The notes: generated by a model not told the origin, from the letters alone. A DNA stretch of 63,693 nucleotides, filler included, from Craspedostauros australis (GCA_030167865.1; 24 parts of 24 records of this genome joined end to end with filler, not necessarily neighbours in it); one strand, 5' to 3'. Positions 35,948 to 49,901 are shown, counted from the whole stretch's first letter. Translations and numbers: made by a program.

Positions 35948-37307
35948 NNNNNNNNNNNNNNNNNNNNNNNNNNNNNNNNNNNNNNNNNNNNTTAATTAAT
36001 TAANNNNNNNNNNNNNNNNNNNNNNNNNNNNNNNNNNNNNNNNNNNNTGGCAGTCTGGATAGTCACAGAGCAAGCAACAGCCAGCGCCAACCATGAATGG
36101 CACTGGCGGTTGATGATTGGTGAACGCTGTTGCACAGGCGGATGCGATATGCTGTCTCCCCCAGCGGTTGTTGGATGAGTGATAGACGAGAAGCTGGTGG
36201 TGATCATCTGTACGGAAAGCGTCGGGGCAGATAGATGGGATGTTCTGAGCAATGAAACAATAGTGCCATACTAACGGATGAGGTAGTGTGGATGAGGCTG
36301 AGAGCTTGTTCCGATTTCCTCGCAAGCACAAACATTTCCTAATTGATGGTGTGTGCTCGTCGTCTCTCCGCGATTGACTTGTGTTCGCGTGAGAGCAAAA
36401 TGTGAGCCACTGCTCTGCGCTGAGAACTGGTGTCCATTTGCAAGAGAACTGCGCATCCCGATTCACAAGTCGAGCGACAAATCGCGCACACTCCAGAATA
36501 CATTCGTGACTTTCCGATACGACACGACACGACATGCCATGCTACTGATACCAGCACCATACGTATTGGATAGATTGACGAATGGATGGATGGAGCGAGC
36601 TGTGATCATTCCAAGGATACCGTATCGACACACTTGGCGACGAACCAAAGTCGCCGTATTGGTACCATCGCAGGACATGGTGCAGATACGCGGAGCAAAC
36701 GCTGGTACGTGCAGCCACAAATTGCTACACGCAACTGTGTATTAGCGCACGCTAAATCTCTAACAATAGCGACACCCGTCGACCAATCAGAAATATCCAC
36801 TTTTCTTACCTTTTCCGTTCCGAACGGAAATTTTGGTCGAAAATCCGTTGTGTCAGATTTGTGTCGCATTTCGCGTCGCAAGAATCGTTTTCCCACTCGT
36901 GTCTCAACTAAGGAGGTAAGACTGCGCTCGGCCACGAGAGGCATCAGACTCACAGGACCGGATGGAGTCAAGCACAGGTGGACTCAAGCGATCCATCCAA
37001 ATCACGAGTTGAACACACCATGAAGATCATGAACAAGTCTTGATGCGTGGTCTACGATCCAGAGGTGAGGATGAGGATTTATGTCCAAATCAACAGCCTG
37101 CTCCTCTCACAACAACAATCATCATCACATCCAGACACCAAACAAGCACGAGGATTCAGGATTGATCACTGAAAACTCGCCCTTCTTTGTTGTCAACTTT
37201 TTCCTTTNNNNNNNNNNNNNNNNNNNNNNNNNNNNNNNNNNNNNNNNNNNNTTAATTAATTAANNNNNNNNNNNNNNNNNNNNNNNNNNNNNNNNNNNNN
37301 NNNNNNN

Positions 37308-39400
37308 CAATTGACCCCACATGACAGGGTATGTGAGCAGTCATCTCTCCTCTTCCAATATCTTCTCCTCACTTCTTTCCATTGTCAGGCGCACCCTGAC
37401 ACGAAGCTGGCATACATCTCAAGCCTAGTATATACCATCTGGGATATGTGCGCATGGCCAGAGTAGGAAGGCATAATATGGCCAAGGCCCAAGCTCCAAC
37501 TACGTGGCAACCAACTTGTGTACATTGCTGCTGCATATTCTGGTGTATGCAGAGCCTGACAGGACTGTTTCCACGACTGTACTGAATGCTGATTGCTGGA
37601 TGCACTAAAACACTGCCATCGGCGTGTGTGTAGAGGCAGAATCTTTGCCCAGTCGCCAACAGCCAAGCTCTCGCAACCTGGGCACATTCCATGCAGACAT
37701 ATAGATGCGGCGCATCGCTAGTCCCATGCATTGTTTCCTCCTCCTCATGCTCGTAGCCTGCGTTGCAACACATCTCACTTATTCTAGTCATTCAACGCTG
37801 CCAACACGGATACCCTGGGCGGCCAAAGCGCTCTCGTGGTATGATCGTTGCTCGTTGCATGTGACCGTCGCCGAGTTTCTGCCAAGTATTTGAACAGATT
37901 GACTGATGACAATCATGAGCCAAAAGAATCGATTCTGATGGTGCAGAGGCCATCAGCAATGGACCGCGACCGTGCTCATGACATACCATTTCACTGTTGC
38001 CATAGCCCTCATCATGGTGCATTCAACGTGTTCCATTCTCCAATGATGCAGGTTGGGCATGAAGCCCGACGCGCAGATTCGCATCAGCAATCTAGCCACC
38101 ACACATATGCGAATGAGCTTGGTTGTGATGTGTTTTCCTCAACTCTCGTGTTGGTTGTACTGCATCTTCTTTCAGCTGTCTATCACTGTGGCGAACTCCT
38201 CGCGCAATGGACACCACAGCTGGTGCTTGAGCTTTGTTCTCCTGATGAGGTGGGGCCAGAGTTTAATAGAGATGGAGGGATTCACAATGACTGATGGGAG
38301 GATAGACTTGAACAGCAGTTGCAAATCTCGCTGTATTCGCTTGTAGGATGGCTAGTCAATCATGAGAGCCTTCATTTCCGTTGGGTGCGCTTACACCAAC
38401 TACCTTGGCTCCATGTGTTCATCCGCATCCTTGGGGGCATTGCCTGTGCTTTCTTCGTGGGCTACTGCCTGTACTTTTCTTGTCCCCACTTCCTCTTCCA
38501 TGTTCTTCATGATCGTTGCTTTCAGCTTATTAGCACACTGCTTTATTCACCTGATACATTTTCTGATTAGTCCGTCCTGGTATGTGCTGAAACGTCTTTT
38601 CCTCCAGACACATGTTTATTGGCATAAGGGACACACGAGAGAACATCAGAGATTTGGTCTGGCCACCACCCAGCAATCATGTGACGCCAAGTTTAACTTG
38701 ATCTACTTCCCAACTAAACCTGAAGTGACACCACCTTCAACGACCTCAAGATTCATCATGGAATGTGGAATTGACAGAGCCATGGAATGGTGATGAGTGA
38801 CGTTGATACAGGAGACGTCATTGCCACATCATGGGTCATCTCCACATCAGAACAAGATGGCAACGATGCATGACCGAGAGCTGTCCTTGAACGCAGCAAC
38901 ATGAGATACAACTCAATGAAGATAACATAGATTCAGAAGTCACTCTACCCAATCAGTGCCTTTGTTACACCAGCTCATCACCACCTTCCTGAAAGACTTG
39001 ATCTCTCTTGACAGATTTGTGTGATTTCGCTGTGTACAATAATGGGATAACACAGCTCCTCCACAGGCTGTTCTGACTCTTGAAGGTGGACAGAGGTGTT
39101 CGGATGCTCTCGCACATGTGTGTGGATGGTCTTGCTGGACTCGTGAACACAACCACAGATGACCCGTCCGGATCCTTCAAGATGGTACATAACGTTTTTG
39201 GGAATTCGCTCTGTGTTGATTGTTGTTGCTGAGCCGAGGCTGCTTCATCTGGAAGGAGAATAAGTTCAAAGAGGATAGGCTTGTTAGGCTTGGTGCTTTG
39301 AAGATGGTGCTGGACAAGGGGCAAAGGAGGGAGGATTCGAATTCATCTTCCATGCTGCAACCATTGAGGTTGTATCAACATCTAGATCGAAATTAAGGTA
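37308..39400 (-). pseudogene. Decayed, CpG-poor coding remnant of unknown origin (probably TE-derived)
   Basis: successive short minus-strand ORFs broken by stops; visible CA/TG excess; no family recognised. Confidence 0.3.
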
Positions 39401-39672
39401 CCCATCTCCCATGACTAGAACGTGATTCAATATTTTCTGATTCGACTCGATTTGAGAGTATAGTCGGATGAGTCTTGATACACGATTAAGATTCAGTCAC
39501 TACTGTCATCGAATCTGACGTAGGCACTGACATCATCGATGACATCAGAGGATCGGTCATTGTGATCCTCGGNNNNNNNNNNNNNNNNNNNNNNNNNNNN
39601 NNNNNNNNNNNNNNNNTTAATTAATTAANNNNNNNNNNNNNNNNNNNNNNNNNNNNNNNNNNNNNNNNNNNN

Positions 39673-40831
39673 GCCGCTCTGCATGTTGGTGTCCGACGAC
39701 TACATCGAAGACTCCTTCTTCGATAACTTCGAGTACGTCGGAAGTGACGACGAAGTGCAGGACGATGAGATCGTCCCGGAGTGGCTCAGTGAGGAGCCAA
39801 TCATCCACGAGGTGGATCCAAGACGCGAAGTGAGCTACGAATGCTGCTTCAACGCGCACGACCTGATCGGTNCATACGGCGACGGAGCCGAGATGGGCAA
39901 CGAGGCTATCGATAGCGACATCGAAGAGGCCATGAGTGAAGAGGCCGACGACGAGATCAACGACAATGATAGAGGCCAAGACGAAACGAACGGCGGCGCA
40001 GCACCGCCTCCTCCAGTGGCGGGGAACAACAGATCGGGCATCTTCAACAAAGATGACAGCGACGAATCCGAGGACCATCCGGACGACAGCTTCAATCCAA
40101 ACGAGCGTGTCGTCTATCCAAGAGACATCGACTTCCCACCGATTGGGAATCCCAACGAATCAAACTACCTCCATCGTCATGACACGATTCCGTACGGAAC
40201 GGAAACAGCATTGGTAATCCAGAAGCAACTCATCTTCGATGCAGTAATGGAAGCAGGAGTGAAACTGTTCCCAGGGGTCGCACAAGGAGTGCTCAGACCA
40301 ATATGGGTGAACATGATGGGATCCATCCTATCCAATAACTTCAGATCAATCGAAGAGATTCTTGCCAACTCAGTTGTGATGAATCGCATACTGGAAGCGG
40401 CTGAGACAGAGACGATCCCAGAGACGGATCTTCATTACATCCTTGGAGGATGTATGCGCGTACTCTTACGCGAACGACCACGCGTCCACCCATACGATCC
40501 AGTCACCAGAACTCATCAAAACAGCACAGTTCCATCGGACTATGCACAACTACCCGACGACATGGACGACGAAGATCATCACAATCCGTACAATGAAGAC
40601 GGAGTCCACGAAGACGACGACGACGGCAGCTTTGACGACGAGATAGCTGCAGCAGCCGTGGAACAGCTCCAGGAGCTGAGCACCAAGCACAAGGACAAGG
40701 TCAACAAGGACACCTGGCTCGCCGACAGCGGAGCTTCGTGTCATATTGTCAATTCAGACGCCGCTCTCTTCAACGTGCGGCACATCAAATCCTTCGTCCA
40801 AGTGGGAGACAGCACGAAGCTGGACTCTCCC
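39673..40831 (+). mobile_element. Copia polyprotein fragment: acidic spacer, extra helical domain, aspartic protease
   Basis: TWLADSGASCHIVN...VQVGD protease motif at about 40712, preceded by about 340 aa not assignable to Gag. Confidence 0.85.
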
Positions 40832-40931
40832 NNNNNNNNNNNNNNNNNNNNNNNNNNNNNNNNNNNNNNNNNNNNTTAATTAATTAANNNNNNNNNNNNN
40901 NNNNNNNNNNNNNNNNNNNNNNNNNNNNNNN

Positions 40932-42223
40932 GATTTTGTCGACCTTTACGCTGATGGCGCGCTGACATCCGATATGGCCTTGGCCATGGCATCGGCTGTG
41001 ATCGTCGCCATCGCCATCATGGTCCACACCCGCAGTCCCTTCATCACATTGATTGGCCTGGTGCAGATCATGTTCAGCTTCCCACTGTCCTTCTTCGTCT
41101 ACAGCCTGATCCTTGGGCTGGAGTTCTTCCCATTCTTGAATTTCCTCGGCATGTTCGTCATCTTCGGACTTGGTGCTGACGACGTAAGTACTACATGGCC
41201 TCATACTCGTGTCATGGACGCACGATGAAGGANCCAAGANATTGCATATNCNCTGANAGCTCACNCAATCTTGTATCTAACCAATCGCATATGCTGTTCT
41301 GTTCATTCCATGTCACCGCTCTACCGCCATTGNATCTANCCACACCATCNCCATACCGCCATGCCGTCGTGCCATATTTGCATGCCACGCAACAATACTC
41401 TCAACGCGTATAAATGGAACACACGCACGCACACGCATGCACACGCATGCACACGCACGCACACAGGTCTTCGTTGCCATGGACAAGTGGAAGAATTCCC
41501 GCCTGGATCACCCCAACGTATCCACCGAAGACATTGCGGCTATGGCGCTGCCAGATGCTGCGTCTGCGATGTTCCTCACCACGGTCACCACCGCAGTCGC
41601 CTTCTTCGCCACCGCCATCTGCCCCGTCGCGCCAGTCAAGATGTTCGCGATCTTCTGCGGTCTCCTCGTCCTCCTCGATTACTTCCTCAACGTGCTACTG
41701 GTTTTCCCAGCCCTCTGCATGTATGACATCGCTATCCAAGAGAAGGGCGATCAGGTCCATTGCTGCATTCACTCCAATCATTGCTGCAACCTGTGCTGCC
41801 GCAAGAACGGTGGGGACAACGACAACGAAGCGGACCCAGAGACCTCCTCGCAACGTGAGGACAAGGCAGAGCGCAACGGCGACAGCCTTCACGATTCCAA
41901 CAACGATGCTGTTGACCATGGCGAACATGAACATGAAGATTCATCCCTCATTCGACGAGCCCTGCTGGGGCTGTTCCACATCCTGAAGCGTGGAAAGTGG
42001 CCGATCTTCGCGCTCTCCATGATTGCGCTTGTGGTGACCGCCATCTTCGCAGCACAGCTGGACCTCCCAACCTCTTCGGATGTCCGCGTTCTGGGAGATG
42101 ACGTCGAGTTTGAGCAGGCGTACTCCTGGCGACAGGAGCTTCTATACGATCAGCTCGATAGGGCAGAAGGCAGCGTCGCTTACATCATTTGGGGCGTCAA
42201 GCCCGCAGACACCGGCAACCACA
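40932..42223 (+). CDS. Dispatched/Patched-like RND sterol-sensing-domain protein, internal exons 40932-41183 and 41467-42223 (copy 1)
   Basis: FPFLNFLGMFVIFGLGADD|VFVAMDKWK (GxxxDD), AMFLTTVTTAVAF, FAIFCGLLV...VFPAL; GT-AG intron. Confidence 0.9.
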
Positions 42224-42372
42224 GTAAGTGAACCTCGTGACTTCGTGCGAAGAGATCCTGGCCAGCGTTTCTNNNNNNNNNNNNNNNNNNNNNNNNNNNN
42301 NNNNNNNNNNNNNNNNTTAATTAATTAANNNNNNNNNNNNNNNNNNNNNNNNNNNNNNNNNNNNNNNNNNNN

Positions 42373-43640
42373 GATTTTGTCGACCTTTACGCTGATGGCG
42401 CGCTGACATCCGATATGGCCTTGGCCATGGCATCGGCTGTGATCGTCGCCATCGCCATCATGGTCCACACCCGCAGTCCCTTCATCACATTGATTGGCCT
42501 GGTGCAGATCATGTTCAGCTTCCCACTGTCCTTCTTCGTCTACAGCCTGATCCTTGGGCTGGAGTTCTTCCCATTCTTGAATTTCCTCGGCATGTTCGTC
42601 ATCTTCGGACTTGGTGCTGACGACGTAAGTACTACATGGCCTCATACTCGTGTCATGGACGCACGATGAAGGANCCAAGANATTGCATATNCNCTGANAG
42701 CTCACNCAATCTTGTATCTAACCAATCGCATATGCTGTTCTGTTCATTCCATGTCACCGCTCTACCGCCATTGNATCTANCCACACCATCNCCATACCGC
42801 CATGCCGTCGTGCCATATTTGCATGCCACGCAACAATACTCTCAACGCGTATAAATGGAACACACGCACGCACACGCACACAGGTCTTCGTTGCCATGGA
42901 CAAGTGGAAGAATGCCCGCCTGGATCACCCCAACGTATCCACCGAAGACATTGCGGCTATGGCGCTACCAGATGCTGCGTCTGCGATGTTCCTCACCACG
43001 GTCACCACCGCAGTCGCCTTCTTCGCCACCGCCATCTGCCCCGTCGCGCCAGTCAAGATGTTCGCGATCTTCTGCGGTCTCCTCGTCCTCCTCGATTACT
43101 TCCTCAACGTGCTACTGGTTTTCCCAGCCCTCTGCATGTATGACATCGCTATCCAAGAGAAGGGCGATCAGGTCCATTGCTGCATTCACTCCAATCATTG
43201 CTGCAACCTGTGCTGCCGCAAGAACGGTGGGGACAACGACAACGAAGCGGACCCAGAGACCTCCTCGCAACGTGAGGACAAGGCAGAGCGCAACGGCGAC
43301 AGCCTTCACGATTCCAACAACGATGCTGTTGACCATGGCGAACATGAACATGAAGATTCATCCCTCATTCGACGAGCCCTGCTGGGGCTGTTCCACATCC
43401 TGAAGCGTGGAAAGTGGCCGATCTTCGCGCTCTCCATGATTGCGCTTGTGGTGACCGCCATCTTCGCAGCACAGCTGGACCTCCCAACCTCTTCGGATGT
43501 CCGCGTTCTGGGAGATGACGTCGAGTTTGAGCAGGCGTACTCCTGGCGACAGGAGCTTCTATACGATCAGCTCGATAGGGCAGAAGGCAGCGTCGCTTAC
43601 ATCATTTGGGGCGTCAAGCCCGCAGACACCGGCAACCACA
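42373..43640 (+). CDS. Dispatched/Patched-like protein, near-identical copy 2 (probable allele); exons 42373-42624 and 42884-43640
   Basis: same contig ends as copy 1; differs by a shorter CACG/CA intron repeat, one S/A change (KNS vs KNA) and a silent CTG/CTA. Confidence 0.9.
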
Positions 43641-43789
43641 GTAAGTGAACCTCGTGACTTCGTGCGAAGAGATCCTGGCCAGCGTTTCTNNNNNNNNNNN
43701 NNNNNNNNNNNNNNNNNNNNNNNNNNNNNNNNNTTAATTAATTAANNNNNNNNNNNNNNNNNNNNNNNNNNNNNNNNNNNNNNNNNNNN

Positions 43790-45150
43790 CACTTCGCGGA
43801 CACCCTCCGAACCATGGGATTCCTACCCTCCAAGGCCGACAATGACATCTACACCCGAGAAGCCGACGACCACCACGAGATGATCACCACATACGTGGAT
43901 GACGTACTGGTCTTCAGTAAGGACCCCATCCCAATCATCGACGACCTCAAGAAACGGTACACCATGAAACAATGCGGTGACCCGGAGTATTACCTTGGCG
44001 GAAACATTGTCGACCTTCCCAAGAACTGGAAGGACAGGGGAGTCAACATCGGACTCTCGGCCCAGACATACATCGGAAACGTCATCAAACGAGTGGAACA
44101 ACTAGTAGGGAAGATCATCCCGAAGGCATCCACCCCCATGGTAGAGGCCTGCCATCCAGAAAGCGACACCTTGGACTTTACAAGCGCTGAAGACGCCAGG
44201 ACCTACCGATCAATACTGGGTTGCCTCAATTGGGTCGTGACCCTCGGGAGGCTGGACATCCAATACGCCACGACGACGATGGCACGGTTCGCTATGGCAC
44301 CAAGGGAAGGACATCTCCTGACCATCCAACGTATCATNGGGTACCTCAAAGGTCGAGAAAGGGGAGCCATCCTCTGCGACCCCAACCCAGTGGACCACAC
44401 GAACATCGACACTACCCTCTCAAGCCATTGGAGAGAATTCTACCCTACCAAAGCAGAAGCCACCCCTGTACCAGTACCAACACCAAAAGGGAAGCCGGTT
44501 CAAATCACGTGTTACGTGGACGCCGACCATGGCCATGACCAGGTCACACGGAAATCCATGACGGGTGTGGTACTATTGATCAACAACACCATCGTTAAGA
44601 CCATCTGCAAATGGCAGAACACAGTGGAGACATCAACCTACGGATCCGAATTGGTAGCCGCCAGGATAGCTACCGAGGCGGTCACAGGCTTGCGCTACAT
44701 GCTGAGAGACCTCGGAGTCCCCATCGACGGACCCGCAATCATGCTCGGAGACAACAAAGCGGTGGTACTCAATACTACNNNNNNNNNNNNNNNNNNNNNN
44801 NNNNNNNNNNNNNNNNNNNNNNNNNNNNNNNNNNNNNNNNNNNNNNNNNNNNNNNNNNNNNNNNNNNNNNNNNNNNNNNNNNNNNNNNNNNNNNNNNNNN
44901 NNNNNACCAAGCCTCTTTCCAAAACACCATTCCACCACATCACATCGAGAACGATATTCCGGAACTCAATCCATGAGTCCGGATACCACAGCGAAACCGT
45001 ATCACAAGCCATAACAAAGAGCAGGACGACCAGAGCAGACGATGATCCCGACATAATGGCCACGGGAACGCAAGAACCATCACCACCGAAGGAAGAACAC
45101 ACTATGAGCGTGAACATGGCAAGGTACCAACAGACCTCCATGAAGTACAG
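43790..45150 (+). mobile_element. CoDi-type Copia RT C-terminus and RNase H
   Basis: TYVDDVL, YRSILGCLNW, YVDADHGHDQVTRKSMTG, ETSTYGSELVA, GDNKAVV, TKPL. Confidence 0.95.
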
Positions 45151-45460
45151 NNNNNNNNNNNNNNNNNNNNNNNNNNNNNNNNNNNNNNNNNNNNTTAATT
45201 AATTAANNNNNNNNNNNNNNNNNNNNNNNNNNNNNNNNNNNNNNNNNNNNCGTATGCGTGTCATCGTATGCGTGTCATCGTCTGCACTTCAGAATGCGCA
45301 CATACGCATGTCAGCTGTTGCATGTCAACCTTTGCTTCGCATGTCGGCTTCATCAACTGGACCGGCACATGCACATTTCAGCGACTGCACATCAGCGTTC
45401 TTACGCATGCGCTTCCCAGGTTTCGCAACTCCACAGATTTGCACATTTTCGTGTTGGCAA

Positions 45461-45539
45461 TTTCCCATCCGCGGATTTGCATGTCAGTATTTTCCCATCC
45501 GCTGATTTGCATGTCAGCATTTTCCCATCCGCTGATTTC
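45461..45539. repeat. 30-bp tandem repeat, about 2.6 copies (TTTCCCATCCGCKGATTTGCATGTCAGYAT)
   Basis: read directly. Confidence 0.85.
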
Positions 45540-45869
45540 CCCAGACATACAACGGACATGGCTACGACAACCCGGTGACATTTCTCCACACCATTGCAAC
45601 GCTAATCATCCGTGGCTGACTTGCACCTTGGTCAACGAAGCGATGGCGACTGTAGAGCCTGCATGGGCACACCGATTCCACGCACAGTTGTGCGCCTCTT
45701 CTGCCTTGTAGGCTTTGCCATTTGTTGCTATTGCTCAGTGGTAAACCGTGCAAACCAAGTATAACAGAGAAATGCTATTTTTGCTAAATGTCGTCTGCGA
45801 TATCGCTTGGACATGACTGCGACATGCTCACGACATACGCTAATCTGGCATCCCACGTATTGATGAGCT

Positions 45870-46345
45870 GCAGGGAAAATGCATGCGCAGGGAAGTGCAT
45901 GCGCAGGGAAGTGCATGCGCAGGGAAGTGCATGTGCAGGGAAGTGCATGTGCAGGGAAGTGCATGTGCAGGGAAGTGCATGTGCAGGGAAGTGCATGTGC
46001 ATGAAAAGTGCGTGTGCATGAAAAGTGCGTGTGCATCTGCATGTGAAGTGCATGTGCGCGGAAAGTGCATGTGCATGTGAAGTGAAGTGCATGTGCGCGG
46101 AAAGTGCATGTGCAGTGCAGTACAGTACAGTACAGTGCAGTGCATGTGAAGTGCATGTGCAGCACAGTGCAGTGCAGTGCAGTGCATGTGCACGAAAAGT
46201 GCGGTACAGTGCAGTGCAGTGCAGTGCATGTGAAGTGCATGTGCAGCACAGTGCAGTGCAGTGCAGTGCATGTGCACAAAAAGTGCGGTACAGTGCAGTG
46301 CAGTGCATGTGCACGAAAAGTGCGTGAAGTGCAGTGCATGCGCAT
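45870..46345. repeat. TGCA-rich compound minisatellite: about 8 x GCAGGGAAGTGCATGY, then (GTGCA)n blocks within a ~84-bp higher-order repeat
   Basis: read directly. Confidence 0.9.
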
Positions 46346-48242
46346 GCGACGTCGATCTGTGTACACGGACAGTGTATGGAAAGTGCACATGGTTTCACAG
46401 TACATGTTGCTACGCGAATACAGTGCACTCTTCGTGCGTTTGCAGCCCATGCATGGTTCATCTGCAGTGCAAGCATCCGCACGCGCATGCATTTGCGCAT
46501 GGGGGGATGCGTTCGACGTTTTTGATGTTGTGCACGACGTGCCTCTGCGCAGGTGGAATAATGCAAGACGACGTCATCGTGGAGAATGGTGCGTCGCGAA
46601 GGCAATCGTGGAAGGCGAGAGTGCGTGTCCCCCGCACCCACCAACACGCGTCCGGCATCAAGTGTGAGCCAGAGACAGACAGCACCCTCGATGGAGAACT
46701 TTGTGCATCGTCATCCTGAATCGCGGGGTGGTTGGTGCGTTTGCGATAGCACTGGAAGGAGAAATGACCTTGTTCCGCCAATGGCATGGAATGCAATAAC
46801 GCGTCGTCGTTGGGATGTACAGGTGCATGCAAGACACGACCACAGCAGGTGTTTAATGTGCATGCATCAGTACTACTGCACCTTTCTGTTCCCCGCGAAT
46901 AATCCATCTTGGAATGCTTGGATACAGCACGCGTCATCACAAATTTGGCAATGCTACGCAAGGTGCTGTGCCCTACCGCATGACCCGCGTCAGATCATGT
47001 CAATGAGATCCGTGAGGATGGAGTGGCACGCCCGTGGACGTAGTTGTTTGACATCATGGAACATTGCAGATGTCAGAGAGCGTCGGTGTCAATCGTGACG
47101 TGAGTTTCCCCGCCCCTCGCTGCGATGACACCAACATCGGTGCAGTCCCTCACCATGCAGGGAACTCCGTCGACAAGGTAGAGCTTTTTCCGCGTATCAC
47201 CCAAAAGTAACAGCATATTGTCCGCCGTGCAACTTCAAGTGATATCTTTGCTGGATAGGAACAACAACACGAAGTACCACGGAATGACAGCTGCGTCCAG
47301 TGTCAAGTGCCATCATTGGCATCGTAGTTGCATGAGCGAACGCAATGTGACGCCATGGCAGGGAAACACGAGTGAGATTGGGGAGAAACGACCGAGACTG
47401 TACATCTTTCGTCGCCAAGGAGGGACATGTTGTGTATACGTGTCATCACAGAGCTGGGCAATCCATGTCGTACAGAACAAACATGGTGATTAAGTGCCGC
47501 TGCCGATGGTCTGTTTTGTGACATCAACCCTGTCGCGCGGAGAGCCATCATGCCACACCACAAATGCTGGTGACGAAAGCAAATTGGCCTGTCTCCGTCA
47601 TGAATGACGTTTCCCTGGCTCGCCATGTCAAAGCAGAGGATTCCAAAGGATAAGACAATTGGTAGTGTGAAGCAGCGATGGAGTCTTGCATTTGTGGCAC
47701 TGTTCGTAACAACGCAGTTTTGCTTTCGATCCCGCAAAGACAAGGCACATTGCGGGAACAACTAGCTCTATCAGCAAATTACAATCACAAGTGCACTACT
47801 ACATGTATGTGCTCTGAATCCAATATGTTGTACGCCTGCGAGAGACAGGAAGCTGTGTAAGGAGCATCCACCATGTCCAATGTTGTGGCTTCATGATAAA
47901 ATGATAGTGTGAATAGGCACTACATGATGGCTCCCTCTCATTATTGTTTCACGTTTGATTGCGATGTGGAGGTCGTTGTGTTCGTCATGCAGCGCAAGAT
48001 GGCGACGGGTGCACACGCTTCATGTGTTGACACGAAGAACAGCAAATGATTCACGTTTGTAGGAACAAACGGCACCCACCGCGGAGGTGGCGGCTGTCTG
48101 GTATTGGTGTCAGCACGACAGCGCGCAGTGGCTTGTCGACGCTGACACCGACACAAGATAAAAAGTAAATCATCTCAAACCAGGCTCGAGTTGGGTTGGG
48201 ATTATGCAACTGTCACAAAACCGAAAAAGCGCCTGCCGAAAC

Positions 48243-49309
48243 ATGTCGGACGGATTACCCCTGTACGCGCTCACCCCCGGGACCTTCGACTGGCTGGGTT
48301 GGTCCATCATTGACGTTTCCCTCAGCATGGAAGAGATCAAGCGACTCGGTAACACAGCAGATAATCAACGAATTTTTCTTTCCTTTTTTGGCACAACAGG
48401 AACGGTTCTACACACGTTGTGGAATGAAATCGGACAAGCTGGGCTATGTCGGCATGACATGCAGGCGAAGCACATTCTTTGGACAGCGGCGTTTCTGAAG
48501 CAGTACTCCACAGAGGCCATTCTGTCTGTGTGGTTGGGCACAAATCGCACCACACTCCGCAAATGGGTCTGGATCATGCTGGACTTAGTGAGCCGAGTAA
48601 AGCAGGACGTGGTAAGTCCGCAAATTGATCAACATTGGTTCTTTCGTGTTCCATTCACTTCTCCAACAAAGCACTAACATGTCACGCATAAATACTGCAG
48701 ATTCACTGGCCCAATCGTTTTCGTGGAGTGTCCGAAGACGACAAAGCGCTTGTCACTGTTGACGGAGTCGACATTCGCATCGAAGAACCGCAACCGTTCA
48801 CAGAGGGATGGTTTTCACAGAAGTTCAAGGGTCCAGGTGTCCGGTATGAGGTCGCCCTCTCGATTGTTGGTGGAGAGATCGTCTGGACCAATGGACCCTT
48901 TCCTTGTGGCATGTGGAACGATCTCAGCATCTTCCGTTTCGGTTTAAAAAACAAGCTGATGGACGGCGAAGTTGTTGTCGCCGACAAAGGATACATTGGG
49001 GATGAACGCGTTTTGCCTCCCAAGTACGTCACTGACAAGATTCTGCGTGCAAGACATGAGACTGTTAACCGACGGCTGAAGCACTGGGCATGTATGAGAA
49101 ATGCGTGGCGACATGACACCGACAAACACATTCTTGCCTTTAATGCGGTTGCCACCATTACGCAAATTGAGCTTGTGGGTGGTTCTCCACTGTTCGATCC
49201 CTTTCCGGTGGTGGAACGAAAGCTGGCTCGGATGAGATTGCGCGAGGCACTCGGCGAGCACCTGGATCGCGTAATGGAGGCCGACCCAAACGACAGTAGG
49301 ACTACCTAA
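48243..49309 (+). mobile_element. PIF/Harbinger-IS5-like (DDE_Tnp_4) transposase; exons 48243-48611 and 48701-49309
   Basis: HTH region KHILWTAAFLKQY...TLRKWVW; GTG|GTAAGT...CTGCAG|ATT intron; catalytic VDGVD, WNDLSIF, ADKGY, RARHETVNRRLK; no stops after splicing. Confidence 0.88.
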
Positions 49310-49901
49310 CTAGCGATAACTGATGTAGAACACTGACTAACACACCGAACTACTCTCTGATCTAGTACATCGCTCTGCGATGCGGTCAACATGACTGTGC
49401 AGTCGTGCATTGTGTTCATGTGCATGAACGTGGAGTTGTTGTCAGCATCAACAATGTCCGGAATGGAACGCGAAACCGCATGAGATCCACACCCACATCG
49501 AAGCTAAAACGAAGGCAACATACAGACTGGCAAGAGGAGAGAGCCAACCACACAGGCACCATGCAACCCCAGGTCCAAACGAGTTCAATCTAAAGGAGAT
49601 TGGATGGACAAGCAAGCGATGTGATAACAACACCATGCAAGCAAGGCAAGGCAGGCACACACATGTGCCGAAGTTGGTCGGTCAGAAAACAGAGGGGGCA
49701 GGTGCCAACTCCGTTCATGAACAATACGTCGACAGTGCAAACGTGCTGTGTCGACGTGTAACAGCGCGCGGTGTTGTGTGATGCTGTGATGCTGAGTGAT
49801 GNNNNNNNNNNNNNNNNNNNNNNNNNNNNNNNNNNNNNNNNNNNNTTAATTAATTAANNNNNNNNNNNNNNNNNNNNNNNNNNNNNNNNNNNNNNNNNNN
49901 N

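Noticed and set aside
40932..43689. Tandem duplication of the Dispatched-like gene
   Set aside because: Same contig ends, same ambiguous bases and only a few differences; these are most likely haplotigs.
45461..45539. 30-bp repeats as a CRISPR array
   Set aside because: Head-to-tail with no spacers, no cas genes, eukaryotic context.
45728..46719. His/Cys-rich ORFs as metal-binding proteins
   Set aside because: They are open in several frames on both strands only because the satellite lacks stop codons.
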